A stretch of 64,000 nt of DNA. It comes from Candidatus Moraniibacteriota bacterium. GTDB lineage: Bacteria; Patescibacteriota; Minisyncoccia; Moranbacterales; GCA-2747515. The stretch is from assembly GCA_947311515.1 (NCBI GenBank), contig CAMZLB010000031.1, positions 922 to 64,921 on the forward strand, given 5' to 3'. Position 1 is the stretch's first letter, and each line of letters begins with the position of its first letter. A program made the translations under genes and the position numbers. The notes beneath the pieces were generated by a model, which did not search any database, was not told the origin of the DNA, and saw only the letters and a program-made list of their open reading frames with translations. Shown here one piece after another: positions 30,325 through 40,802 of this stretch.

Positions 30325-32979
30325 TTATAGTTCTCCCCAGTGCTTACCTATTGCAACATCTACCACAAGTGGCACTTTTAATTTATAAACTCCTTCCATA
30401 ATTTTTTTTACATTCTCACTCACTTCTTTTATATTTTTTTCTGGTACTTCAAGTATTATTTCATCGTGAATCTGCAATACTATTTTTACTGAACCGTCCT
30501 TAAATTCATTTTGTAAATATTTATAAACTTCGATCATTGAGAGTTTCATAATATCAGCTGCAAGTCCTTGGACAGGCATATTTATAGCAGCTCTTTCACC
30601 CATCGCTCTAAGCATTGAATTTTTTGATTTTAGTTCAGGTGTGTATTTTCTCCGACCAAATATTGTTTCCACATAACCAAATTCATGTGCATTATCTTTT
30701 GTCTTATCTATATATTTCTTTATTCCATTAAATTTTTTGAAATATTCATCTACAAATTGTCTAGCTTTATCAATTTCTAAATTAGCATTCTTTGCAAAAC
30801 TCCTTATGCCCATTCCGTATATTAATCCAAAATTTAGCTCTTTCGCATTAAATCTCTCCTCCTTGGTTATTTCATTCATTTTTTTTCCCAAAACACTCGC
30901 AGAAGTAAAGGTGTGAATATCTACAGAATTATTGAATGCATTTATCATTTCAGAATCTTCTGCAATATGCGCTACACACCTCAAATCAATTTGAGAATAA
31001 TCAACCCCCATTAGAACATTTCCATCTTTAGACACAAAACACTCTCTTAAAGCCTTTCCTATTTCTGTTCTAACTGGTATATTTTGCAAATTTGGATTCG
31101 AAGATGACAATCTTCCTGTAGAAGTCACGACTTGATTGAATGTTGAGTGAATTCTTCCGTCAGATGCTACTAATTTTGGCAGAGTATCTATATAGGTAGT
31201 TTTTAATTTAAATAATTCCCTATAAAGTTCAATTTCTTTTATAATAGGATGTTTACTTCTTAATTTTTCAAGCTCACTAGCTGAAGTAGAATATCCCGTT
31301 TTTGTTTTCTTGATTCCTTTAGTTGATAAATTTAATTCGTCAAATAAAACTACTCTTAATTGTTTTGTCGAATTAATATTAAATTTCTTTTCTGCAAAAA
31401 CATATATATCAGATGTAAGCTTTGAAAGCATTGAATTTACCTGAATTGATTGTTTTTTGGCTACATCCTTATCAAATTTTATACCAGCTCTTTCCATGTT
31501 ATAAAGTACTTGTAGTATAGGTATTTCCATTTTATTTAAAAGTGTTTTAATATTTGCATTTTTATCCTGAGATTTGATTGTTTTTTCTATATCTTTTACA
31601 AATTGCTTATGCAATAAATAGATATCATTTGCTTTTTGAGAAATTATATTTATTTCAAATTTATTATCTCGAAAATCCAAAATTAACTGAGAATCTTTTT
31701 TAAAATACTCTCTATTCCTACCAAGGATATTAAAAACAAGTTGCTCAAAATCAATTTTTTTACCTGTATTCAAAACATAAGCTTCCAAAAGCACGTCAGA
31801 ATAAATGTTCACATGTTCAATTTTAACTTCATCACACAAATATTTAAAACTTTTTACATCATATGTAAAAAATTTAATTTTATTACTCCTAAGAAAATTT
31901 TTAATATCTATCTCTGAATTTTTGTTAAATGGGAAATAATATGATTTGTTTTCCAAAGATAAGCACACACCCTGCAACACAGAGTTATATATATCCAAAA
32001 CAATACTAACCTCATTGCCCTCTATTTGTTTCGCTATAGTATCTTGAATTTTATTTTTTTCTACTATTATATTTTCAAAGACCTCCTCCATCTCTTCTGT
32101 TTTAGGAAGTCTTTTTAATAAACTTTTAAATTCATATTTTTGGAACACCTTCCTTGCTCCACTCATAGAAATTTCAGAAATTTTAGCCTTTTCCAAATCC
32201 AATTCAATATCTAAGTCAATTTTTATTCTTCCAAGTTCTCTAGATAAAAATGCAATTTTCTTATCACTTATAAGCTTATTTCTAATACCTTTTTTAATTA
32301 AGTCATTATCAATATTTTTGTAAATCCCTTCTAATGTGCCAAATTTAGACAATAAACTCACAGCACCTTTATCTCCAATTCCTTTTATTCCTGGTATATC
32401 ATCACTAGAATCTCCCCTAATTCCTTTGTAGTCTATAACTTGCTCTGGTGTGATTCCCATTTTTTCTATAACTAATTCTCTATCGTACAAAAGCATGTCC
32501 TGAATGCCTCTGGACATAGTAAAAACACTTACATTATCATTTACTAATTGAAGAGTGTCTTTATCTCCTGTAACTACTATAGTATTTAAACCTTTTTGTG
32601 TAGCTTTTAGAGTCAGCGTTCCTATCACATCATCAGCTTCTACATTTTTCATTTTTTTAATAGAAATATTCATAGCACTTACAACTTCTTGAGTTAGTGC
32701 AAATTGTGGACCTAATTCTTCTGGGGTCTCCTTACGCTTTCCTTTGTAATCTGGAAACATTGTATGACGAAAATTTTTTCCCGATTCATCAAAAGCAGCT
32801 ATCAAATAATCTGGTTGAAATTTTTCCAAAACTGACAGCAATGTAGAAATAAATCCATAAACTGCATTTGTCTGAGTTCCGTCATCTAGAATTAGTGGTG
32901 GTATGGCATGAAAAGCTCTGTGTATAATAGCATTTCCATCAAGGATCATTAATGTTTTATTGTTATTTTTTTTATTCAT
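30325..32979 (-). CDS. polA: DNA polymerase I
   Basis: 5'-nuclease N-terminus (LMILDGNAIIHRAFHA, GIKGIGDKGA). Polymerase motifs RFNAKELNFGLIYGMG and VLQIHDEIILE. 884 aa. Confidence 0.95.
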   Translation of the reverse strand: MNKKNNNKTLMILDGNAIIHRAFHAIPPLILDDGTQTNAVYGFISTLLSVLEKFQPDYLIAAFDESGKNFRHTMFPDYKGKRKETPEELGPQFALTQEVVSAMNISIKKMKNVEADDVIGTLTLKATQKGLNTIVVTGDKDTLQLVNDNVSVFTMSRGIQDMLLYDRELVIEKMGITPEQVIDYKGIRGDSSDDIPGIKGIGDKGAVSLLSKFGTLEGIYKNIDNDLIKKGIRNKLISDKKIAFLSRELGRIKIDLDIELDLEKAKISEISMSGARKVFQKYEFKSLLKRLPKTEEMEEVFENIIVEKNKIQDTIAKQIEGNEVSIVLDIYNSVLQGVCLSLENKSYYFPFNKNSEIDIKNFLRSNKIKFFTYDVKSFKYLCDEVKIEHVNIYSDVLLEAYVLNTGKKIDFEQLVFNILGRNREYFKKDSQLILDFRDNKFEINIISQKANDIYLLHKQFVKDIEKTIKSQDKNANIKTLLNKMEIPILQVLYNMERAGIKFDKDVAKKQSIQVNSMLSKLTSDIYVFAEKKFNINSTKQLRVVLFDELNLSTKGIKKTKTGYSTSASELEKLRSKHPIIKEIELYRELFKLKTTYIDTLPKLVASDGRIHSTFNQVVTSTGRLSSSNPNLQNIPVRTEIGKALRECFVSKDGNVLMGVDYSQIDLRCVAHIAEDSEMINAFNNSVDIHTFTSASVLGKKMNEITKEERFNAKELNFGLIYGMGIRSFAKNANLEIDKARQFVDEYFKKFNGIKKYIDKTKDNAHEFGYVETIFGRRKYTPELKSKNSMLRAMGERAAINMPVQGLAADIMKLSMIEVYKYLQNEFKDGSVKIVLQIHDEIILEVPEKNIKEVSENVKKIMEGVYKLKVPLVVDVAIGKHWGEL

Positions 32980-33100
32980 AATATAATATTACCATATTTA
33001 CAAATAAATAGTACTTTACAAGAAACACTTATTACATTATAATATATACATGACTTTGTCATAATTGTTATTTAAAAATAAAAAATAAAAAGGATTAACC

Positions 33101-33817
33101 ATGCAAATAAATCATATATTATTTGACATAGACGGCTGTTTAACAACTAAAAAATATGAATCTTTAGACTTAAAAAGTCTAACCTACATAAAAGAACTAC
33201 TATATGAAATACATTGCTCAAAAAGTTTCTGTACAGGCAGAAGCCAGCCATATGTAGAACTAATGGGGCAAATATTAAACATAAAAGCCACAACGGTTCC
33301 AAATATTTTAGAGCATGGTTGTATTTTAAATACAACCACTGATAGTAGTGATTTTTGTGTTATAAATCCAAAAATAACACAAAAAAGCATATGGGAGATG
33401 AGACGCATAAGAGATACTTTAAGTAGGAATTCCAAATGCGTACTTGAACCTGGAAAAGAAATATCCTTATCTTTAAATCCTGTAACCACCATGGAGGACT
33501 TAGAGAAAGTTGTGAACAATATTCCTAATATTCATAACTTCAGTGTGAAGATATCAGCGGATTCCATTGATATCTCTCCAGAAGGGATATCAAAAGGAGG
33601 AGCAATCCTTGAGGTATTCAAAAATCCTAACGGCATACTTGCCATCGGAGACTCAGAGGGGGATCGAACTATGTTAGAAATAGTCGAATTCCCTGCATGT
33701 CCAGCAAACGCATCTCAAAGAATTAAAAAATTAGTTCTTTCAAGAAAGGGATACGTATCAAACAAAAACAATGCTGAAGGAGTTTTAGACATACTAAAAC
33801 ATTTCTTCACTCAATAG
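33101..33817 (+). CDS. HAD-superfamily (IIB/Cof-like) phosphatase
   Basis: Motif I ILFDIDGCLT. Motif IV GDSEGDRTML. Cap domain between. Confidence 0.7.
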   Translation: MQINHILFDIDGCLTTKKYESLDLKSLTYIKELLYEIHCSKSFCTGRSQPYVELMGQILNIKATTVPNILEHGCILNTTTDSSDFCVINPKITQKSIWEMRRIRDTLSRNSKCVLEPGKEISLSLNPVTTMEDLEKVVNNIPNIHNFSVKISADSIDISPEGISKGGAILEVFKNPNGILAIGDSEGDRTMLEIVEFPACPANASQRIKKLVLSRKGYVSNKNNAEGVLDILKHFFTQ

Positions 33818-33839
33818 ACCCTTAATTTAATAGGGTCTA
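33815..33839 (+). terminator. Stem-loop overlapping stop codon of HAD gene (TAGACCCT-9 nt-AGGGTCTA) then U-rich
   Basis: 8-bp stem seen directly. Weak T-tract after. Confidence 0.35.
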
Positions 33840-33902
33840 TTATATTGATTAAATCTATTATATTATATACAATATATATGATAATAAACTTAATGCCAAA
33901 CT

Positions 33903-34625
33903 ATGTCAGGACACAATAAATGGTCTTCAATCAAACATCGCAAAGGTGCTCAAGATGCGAAACGTTCAAAAATTTTTTCTCGTATAGCAAAAATGATAAT
34001 TGTCTCAGCTCAACAAGGCGGTGGGGATCCTGAAATGAATAATTCTTTAAAACTACTATTACTACAAGCAAGAAAAGCTAATATGCCTAAAGATAATATA
34101 GAAAGAGCTATAAAAAGAGGCACAGGAGAAGGTGGAGATATTATAAAATTTGAAGAGGTATCCTATGAAGCTATGGGACCTGATGGTTCTGCTATAATAA
34201 TAAATTGTACAACGGATAATACTAACAGAGCTTTAACCGAAGTAAAAATTGCTCTCAAAAAAAATGGTGGTAAATTTGTACCTAGTGGTAGTGTAAGTTT
34301 TCAGTTCAAACATTTAGGCCATATTGTTATATCTACAGATGATTTAGACAGTGCAGAGCTATCCGCTATAGAAGCAGGTGCTGAAGATATAGAAAGAGGT
34401 GAAAATGAGCTCTTAGTAATAACAGAGCCAACAGAATTACATACAATTCGTGAAAATTTAGAAAAAGATGGATTTACGATAGAAAAAGCTGAACTTACTT
34501 ATACTTCACAACAACCTGTAATTTTATCTGAAGCTTCCTTAGAATCATTCATCAAGCTCAAAGAAGCTCTTGAAGATGTTGATGATGTTCAAGATATTTT
34601 CGACAACGTAACCAATTCTAACTAA
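33903..34625 (+). CDS. yebC: YebC/PmpR-family transcriptional regulator
   Basis: MSGHNKWSSIKHRKGAQDAKRSKIFSRIAK... canonical YebC N-terminus. 240 aa. Confidence 0.9.
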   Translation: MSGHNKWSSIKHRKGAQDAKRSKIFSRIAKMIIVSAQQGGGDPEMNNSLKLLLLQARKANMPKDNIERAIKRGTGEGGDIIKFEEVSYEAMGPDGSAIIINCTTDNTNRALTEVKIALKKNGGKFVPSGSVSFQFKHLGHIVISTDDLDSAELSAIEAGAEDIERGENELLVITEPTELHTIRENLEKDGFTIEKAELTYTSQQPVILSEASLESFIKLKEALEDVDDVQDIFDNVTNSN

Positions 34626-34638
34626 GATTTGTTCAATA

Positions 34639-36396
34639 CTATTGCATCTCGTATATTCCCATATCAACCGTCAAAACACTATCACCATCTCCGTCTATAA
34701 TTCTAGTATTTTCATCTGCGTCAAAAACTGGTAAACCAATTAAAGCAGTATTATCCCCTGAATCAATTGCAGGCGAGGAACTTAAAGTATGATAATCATC
34801 AATTGCTTGGAATAACGGATCACATGATAGTAATTTAATTCCTGTTGGCAAAGTAAATCCATTATTCCAAAAAAGCGAATTTGAAAAATTAAAATTTAGT
34901 GGGTAAGTTCCTGCTTGATAATTTGTTATATTTGTAACTATACTATTTATCATCTTATTTAAATTGTTAGTTCTGTCTGTATCAAAAAGATAATTACCAC
35001 CATCTATTGTGCAATTTACAAAACTATTGTCATATACTTCAGATTCTCTGTTGTAATCCATAAAATTAATAACAGCTCCTATCGTATCCTTAAAAAGACT
35101 ATTGTAAAATATATTATTATTTCCAGTATACATTGCATCATCATCTTCACCTATAACATCTAAAAAAATTACAGCGGAATATGTACCAATAGTTTTTACA
35201 TTTTCAAATAAATTATTATTTGCTCCATCTCTGACCACGAATCCGTCACCGCCTATTGCTGTGCAGTTTTTAAATATATTATTTTGTACTCCACTATGTC
35301 TGACATAAAATGCCGCATTATCTAAATTTTTTGCGATACAATTCTCTATTAAGTTTCCTTCGCCAATCCCTTTTATACCAATACCCGCTCCTCCATGATC
35401 CAAATTTCCAACACGCTCAATATAAGAATTTTTTACCACATTATTATTTCCATGTATATGAATATAATAATCAGTAGAAGCGTCATACTCATCATCGTCA
35501 CAATAAACTTTTACACTATCCAATGTATTATTATCTCCATATATATCAATTCCCTCTGAACCACCATTTACTATAATTGAATTTTTTATAAGATTTTCAC
35601 TTCCATGATTCATATTAATTCCACTACCTGAATATCCATGAATATCTCCAAATGTTTTTCCTATAATGTTTTCTACAAAATTATACTTTGTTTCAGTAGA
35701 CCACCAATGAACTCCTACTTCATAATTTGTAATTTGAAAATTTTTGATATGTACATATTTGTTACCACTCAATTCAAAAGCTACTCCAGATGTTCTATCT
35801 CCTCCATTAAGCGTAGGCATAACGGATGAGTTTACACCATCTCCATATTGCCACCAATCATTTCCAATCACATCCCCAGGGTATAACTTACACCCTTCAA
35901 ATGTAATATTTTTAGATTCTGACACTCCACTATTTGCAAATGTTATATTTTCACTTCCATAATTTCCTGATTTCACATATACAATATCACCTGCATTCAA
36001 TGTTTGAGCTGCATTCTGAATAGTTTTCCATGGAGCATCTACAGATAATCCATCATTTAAATCACTACCTTCTGTGTCAACATAATAAACATTTTGATAA
36101 TGTGCTTCACACCATTGCGTACCGTCCATACTAAGACCTAATGACTCTCTGAGTATTAACTGTGCGTCTACCGTATTAGACACACCATCGCAATTAACAT
36201 CTCCAGTTACAAAAGAATTTTTCCAATCAGTCGATGACATATCCAAATTTAATGACTTTCTCAAAACAAGTATAGCATCCATTGAATTAGTACTTGAATC
36301 AAAATTCACATCATGTCTTATAGAAAAGGCACTTACTTCATTAAATGAAAATATTATTGCAAACACGATACATAAGATAGATATCCTTAGAAGCAT
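34639..36396 (-). CDS. Secreted right-handed parallel beta-helix protein with two N-terminal dockerin-like repeats
   Basis: Signal peptide. DVNFDSSTNSMDAILVLRKSLNL and GDVNCDGVSNTVDAQLILRESLGL resemble dockerin-type Ca-binding repeats. Then many N-x-x-x-N/G-rich PbH1-like turns (NNVVKNSYIERVGN, NIFKNCTAIGGDG...). Confidence 0.5.
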   Translation of the reverse strand: MLLRISILCIVFAIIFSFNEVSAFSIRHDVNFDSSTNSMDAILVLRKSLNLDMSSTDWKNSFVTGDVNCDGVSNTVDAQLILRESLGLSMDGTQWCEAHYQNVYYVDTEGSDLNDGLSVDAPWKTIQNAAQTLNAGDIVYVKSGNYGSENITFANSGVSESKNITFEGCKLYPGDVIGNDWWQYGDGVNSSVMPTLNGGDRTSGVAFELSGNKYVHIKNFQITNYEVGVHWWSTETKYNFVENIIGKTFGDIHGYSGSGINMNHGSENLIKNSIIVNGGSEGIDIYGDNNTLDSVKVYCDDDEYDASTDYYIHIHGNNNVVKNSYIERVGNLDHGGAGIGIKGIGEGNLIENCIAKNLDNAAFYVRHSGVQNNIFKNCTAIGGDGFVVRDGANNNLFENVKTIGTYSAVIFLDVIGEDDDAMYTGNNNIFYNSLFKDTIGAVINFMDYNRESEVYDNSFVNCTIDGGNYLFDTDRTNNLNKMINSIVTNITNYQAGTYPLNFNFSNSLFWNNGFTLPTGIKLLSCDPLFQAIDDYHTLSSSPAIDSGDNTALIGLPVFDADENTRIIDGDGDSVLTVDMGIYEMQ

Positions 36397-36429
36397 AATA
36401 ATTAATATACATTTATTTTTAATATATTT

Positions 36430-37059
36430 TCAAGTTCTTTTAAACCTATTCACGTCATTCTTTATCATATTTATAATTTCTGGAAATTTTTCTACTCTGA
36501 AATGTCCATTTTTATCATTATATGTAAAAAATTTAGCATTATTTAATTTCTCTTCATAAGCATCTTTGTTAACAATAGGTACAATATCATCATCTTCTGA
36601 AAATAATAGGTACAAATTCTTTGCACAACTATCTAATTTAGATAGTTCCTTACCTAATATAAATCCACCACACGTTAAGTGATCCGACAATCCTTCACCA
36701 AACGGCGGAGCTATCAGGAATACAGATAATATATATTTTGGAAATTTATTTTCTGATAAATATTTTGCAAGAAATATTCCTCCTAGGGAGCATCCAATCA
36801 AAATTACATTATCCTCAAGTAATATGAAAAATCTTTCAAAATTAATTTTCCACTCTTCATATTTAGCATTTTCTCTTAGTGGCATTCTTGGACTTATAAT
36901 ATCAAAACACTTACCCAACTCATAACTTAAATATTCCTGATTCCATTTCTTTTTTTCCTGACTTGATATATTTCTTGTTTTTAAATAATTTAAATAATCA
37001 CTTTCTCTCTTAAAAACTGTTCCTCCGTGAATAAAAAATATTTGTGTTTTTTTCTCCAT
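36430..37059 (-). CDS. Alpha/beta-hydrolase fold serine esterase-like protein
   Basis: GCSLGG nucleophile elbow. 209 aa. Confidence 0.5.
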   Translation of the reverse strand: MEKKTQIFFIHGGTVFKRESDYLNYLKTRNISSQEKKKWNQEYLSYELGKCFDIISPRMPLRENAKYEEWKINFERFFILLEDNVILIGCSLGGIFLAKYLSENKFPKYILSVFLIAPPFGEGLSDHLTCGGFILGKELSKLDSCAKNLYLLFSEDDDIVPIVNKDAYEEKLNNAKFFTYNDKNGHFRVEKFPEIINMIKNDVNRFKRT

Positions 37060-37221
37060 AGTTTTTTAAATGATGTCTAAAATAAACTTGTCCCTAAATA
37101 AGCTTTTAAAGGAAATTTGATGAATTCTTGCTACAGAGCTATTAAAAAATTATTAATAATTCCCCATAGTTATTAACAGATAAATCTTCTGTACTGCAAT
37201 AATCATAGTAAGTTTACTGAT

Positions 37222-37556
37222 TCCAAAAAAGCCTCAAAATGGTGATGTTCTGTAATATAGCAATTTACAACAACTTTAAACTTATTAACTCCATACTTTT
37301 CTAAAAATTCTAGTAAATTTATTATTCTTATACCTATATTTATAATAGTACAATTATCATTATATACAAAACATTCTTCTAATCCATCTACAAGTAATTC
37401 ATCTATCTCTATAGCAATAACCCTTTTGCCAGTTTAAAAAAGTTTTTTACTAGAGTTAATTCTCCTATATTATAACTTAACCCTCCAATACATCTTAACA
37501 TATACTATGTCTTCCAAGATGCCTTCATCATATAAAAATTTTATCTAATAGATTTA
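37222..37556 (-). pseudogene. Degraded duplicate of the 5' third of rsmA/ksgA
   Basis: 37222-37556 aligns by eye to 39617-39985, e.g. shared ...tagtacaattatcattata...tcttctaatccatctacaagtaattcatctatctctatagcaata.... Translation retains VIAIEIDELLVDGLEE...YNDNCTIIN but has stops and loss of the GPGGG SAM motif. Confidence 0.7.
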
Positions 37557-37726
37557 TAATACTAGTAATTATTCTAAATAAATCTATAATTAATAAGCTT
37601 AAAGATACCTATCTTTAAGAGATGACAAAATAAAACATTTAAAAACTTCGGAAGCAGATAAAAAATGCAAATAGACTTTTTTTATTAAAATGTTATTATT
37701 AAAATAATAAAAATTTAAAAATTAGT

Positions 37727-38941
37727 ATGTTTAAACCAGAATTAAACTTAGCAAAGCAAATAATTGATAAATATGGCACACCTATTTATGTTACAGATAC
37801 ACAAACCATAAAAGATAAATCTAGCTTAATAAAAAATGCATTTTCTAACTTAAATATGAAAATTTTTTATGCTATAAAAGCTAACTTTAATCCTCATATA
37901 GTAAAAATAATAAAAAATAGTGGAATTTATGGAATTGATGCTGTATCAGTAAATGAAATTATATTAGCTCTTGAACTAGGATACACTTCAGAACAAATAA
38001 TTTTTACACCAAGTAATCCAAGTGATGATGATATGCTACAAGTTGGAAAATTAAATATATTACAAAATTTAGGGTCTATTTCTGAAATAAAAAGATTTGG
38101 AAAAATGTTTAAAGGATGTGAGATATCCATAAGAATTTGTCCAGAACTAGGTGCTGGAGAATCTAAAAAAGTTACAACTGGAAATATAGAAAGTAAATTT
38201 GGTTTATCAATTAGTGAGATAGACAAAGTAAAAACTATATGTAATAAATATAATATAAAAATAGTTGGCATTCATAGTCATATTGGATCTGGATTTTATA
38301 ATTCAAAAATTTTTAAACAATCTGTTACCGCAGTTTGTAATATAGCTAAAAAATTTAAATATATTAAATTTTTAGATTTTGGAGGTGGTTTTGGAGTTCA
38401 ATATAATCCAAATAACATTCCTATTAATTTAAACGATTTTGCAACTTCTATAAAATATACTATTAATAAATTTACAAAATCTTATAAACATCCAATAGAA
38501 TTAAGAATTGAACCTGGTAAATTTTTAGTATCTCAATCTACTGTCTTATTAACAAGAATAACCACTATAAAAGAAAAAGGTAATATAACCTTTGTTGGAG
38601 TTGATTCTGGATTTCACAATCTAATTCGTCCTGCTATGTATAATGCCTATCATCATATTATAAATTTATCGAAACAAAATAAAAATAAAAAGTTAGTTCA
38701 AGTCGTAGGAAATGTATGTGAATCTGGTGATATTTTTAATAAAAAAATTAAACTCAATGATCCACAGGAAGGCGATATACTAGCCATATTAACTACAGGA
38801 GGTTATGGCAGTAGTATGAGTTCAAACTATAATCTACATAACTTTGCTCCAGAAGTTTTAGTTACAGATAGAAAATTCAAACTAATAAAGAAAAAACAAA
38901 CTTTTGAGCAAATTATGTCTAACTTTATTGACTATAAGTAA
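37727..38941 (+). CDS. lysA: Diaminopimelate decarboxylase (PLP fold-III decarboxylase family)
   Basis: FYAIKANFNP, GGGFGV, CESGD motifs. 404 aa. Confidence 0.75.
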   Translation: MFKPELNLAKQIIDKYGTPIYVTDTQTIKDKSSLIKNAFSNLNMKIFYAIKANFNPHIVKIIKNSGIYGIDAVSVNEIILALELGYTSEQIIFTPSNPSDDDMLQVGKLNILQNLGSISEIKRFGKMFKGCEISIRICPELGAGESKKVTTGNIESKFGLSISEIDKVKTICNKYNIKIVGIHSHIGSGFYNSKIFKQSVTAVCNIAKKFKYIKFLDFGGGFGVQYNPNNIPINLNDFATSIKYTINKFTKSYKHPIELRIEPGKFLVSQSTVLLTRITTIKEKGNITFVGVDSGFHNLIRPAMYNAYHHIINLSKQNKNKKLVQVVGNVCESGDIFNKKIKLNDPQEGDILAILTTGGYGSSMSSNYNLHNFAPEVLVTDRKFKLIKKKQTFEQIMSNFIDYK

Positions 38942-39195
38942 CTTATGCGCAAATTATACATATTTCATGTTTGACAATATTTTTATTTTGTTTATGGTCT
39001 AATTGAGAGATTGCAAGTAATTTCAAATAATAGAGTAAGAATTATTTTTGTACTTTATTAATTAAAATGTAAAAGTAGCTTTCTTTCTGCTAATAACCAA
39101 AAAACTACAAACTATTTTCTTTATTTTTATGAGAATCTATCTAAAATCTATTGTTTTTTCGAAATTTTCGTATTTTTAGACAGGTTCTAAAAAAA

Positions 39196-39987
39196 TTATA
39201 ATATTTTATATAATTCTTTCCACTTATTAACAGATAATTCTTGTGCTCTAACTGTTGACTTAAGATTTATTGATGCTAGTTTTTTTTCTATAATCAATTT
39301 ATCTAATTTCAAGCTATTTGATAAATTGTTTACAAGTTTTTTTCTCTTTGCACAAAAACCTGACTTCACAATTTTAAAAAACTTTTTCTCATCAACTTTT
39401 TCAAATTTTCTAATTATAGTTGATATTTTTATAACAGCACTATCTACTTTTGGAATTGGCTCAAATGACTCAGCTTTAACTGTAAATAAATACTCTGGCA
39501 ACCCATAAAATTGCACAGAAACTGCAAGAATACTCATATCCCCAACTCTAGCACATATACGTTCAGCAACCTCCTTCTGCACCATAACAATCATATCTGT
39601 AGGCTGAGTAATTAATTCCAAAAAAAGTCTCAAGATTGATGACGTTATATAGTAGGGCAAATTTGCAACAACTTTATATTTATCAATTGCATACTTTTCT
39701 AAAAGTTCTGGTAAATTTATCCTTCTTATGTCTGCATTTATTATAGTACAATTATCATTATACTCAAAACGCTCTTCTAATCCATCTACAAGTAATTCAT
39801 CTATCTCTATAGCAATAATCCTTGCACCAGTCTGCACAAGTTTTTCAGTCAGAACTCCTCCTCCTGGACCAATTTCTATTATAACTTCATCTTCTGATAT
39901 ATCTGAAACATCTATCATATCCTCTAAAACACCTTCATCATGCAAAAAATGTTGTCCAAGAGATTTTTTATGTTTAATTTTTTTCAT
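39196..39987 (-). CDS. rsmA: 16S rRNA (adenine1518/1519-N6)-dimethyltransferase
   Basis: KKSLGQHFLHD, EIGPGGGVLTE, NLPYYITS. Confidence 0.9.
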   Translation of the reverse strand: MKKIKHKKSLGQHFLHDEGVLEDMIDVSDISEDEVIIEIGPGGGVLTEKLVQTGARIIAIEIDELLVDGLEERFEYNDNCTIINADIRRINLPELLEKYAIDKYKVVANLPYYITSSILRLFLELITQPTDMIVMVQKEVAERICARVGDMSILAVSVQFYGLPEYLFTVKAESFEPIPKVDSAVIKISTIIRKFEKVDEKKFFKIVKSGFCAKRKKLVNNLSNSLKLDKLIIEKKLASINLKSTVRAQELSVNKWKELYKIL

Positions 39988-40020
39988 TATATTTTATCTA
40001 ATTTTTCAAAAAAGAAAAAA

Positions 40021-40139
40021 GAGATTGGGTTTTGTGTGTAGTTTTGGTTGATGATGGAGATGGGGTTACTTCTGTACTATATTTAAATAAAGTACACAAG
40101 TAACCTCCTCTCCAATCATTTCAAACTACTTCCAATCTC
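40021..40139. repeat. About 120-bp imperfect inverted repeat (nested hairpin) between clpP and rsmA
   Basis: Outer GAGATTGG (40021-40028) / CCAATCTC (40132-40139). Inner GGGGTTACTTCTGTACTATATTT / AAATAAAGTACACAAGTAACCTCC. Locally GC-richer than flanks. Confidence 0.45.
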
Positions 40140-40205
40140 TTAATTACATTATAAATAACTATGTTATCCTTGTCAATAAGATTTTGTGGATAAACTGTGC
40201 ATAAC

Positions 40206-40799
40206 TTATCTTATAATTTTATCAACTAATCCATACTTAACAGCTTCCTTAGCGTCTAGATAATTATCTCTATCTGTATCTTTTTCTATTTTCGAAACTT
40301 TTTTCCCAGTATGTTTCGCTAGAAGCTTATTTAATAAACTTCTAGTTTTCAAAATATGTTTTGCATGTATATCTATATCACTAGCCTGTCCTTGTGTGCC
40401 TCCTAGTGGCTGATGAATCATAACTTCTGCATGAGGTAATATCTTGCGCTTACCCTTTGCTCCAGAAGTCAGCAAAAAAGCTCCAGCACTAGCTGCCATA
40501 CCCACGCAAACAGTAGAAACATCTGGCTTTATATGCTGAATAGTGTCATACATTGCAAGAGCACTAGAAACTGAACCTCCTGGTGAATTTATATACAAAG
40601 TTATATCTTCCCTAGGGTCCTGAGCTGTCAAAAATAGTAGCTGAGCTATAATTATATTAGCCACTTCATCATTTATCTCACCTGTAAGAAATATAATCCT
40701 ATCCTTAAGGAGTCTAGAATATATATCATATACTCGTTCCATATTTCCAGACTTTTCTATTACAGTTGGTATAAGATAGTTACTGTTTTGTTGTATCAT
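40206..40799 (-). CDS. clpP: ATP-dependent Clp protease proteolytic subunit
   Basis: [34 protein letters not shown]. Ser-His-Asp triad context. Confidence 0.95.
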   Translation of the reverse strand: MIQQNSNYLIPTVIEKSGNMERVYDIYSRLLKDRIIFLTGEINDEVANIIIAQLLFLTAQDPREDITLYINSPGGSVSSALAMYDTIQHIKPDVSTVCVGMAASAGAFLLTSGAKGKRKILPHAEVMIHQPLGGTQGQASDIDIHAKHILKTRSLLNKLLAKHTGKKVSKIEKDTDRDNYLDAKEAVKYGLVDKIIR

Positions 40800-40802
40800 A
40801 CT

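Noticed and set aside
37560-37726. Possible lysine riboswitch upstream of lysA
   Set aside because: No L-box conserved helices or motifs recognisable. The region is plain AT-rich spacer.
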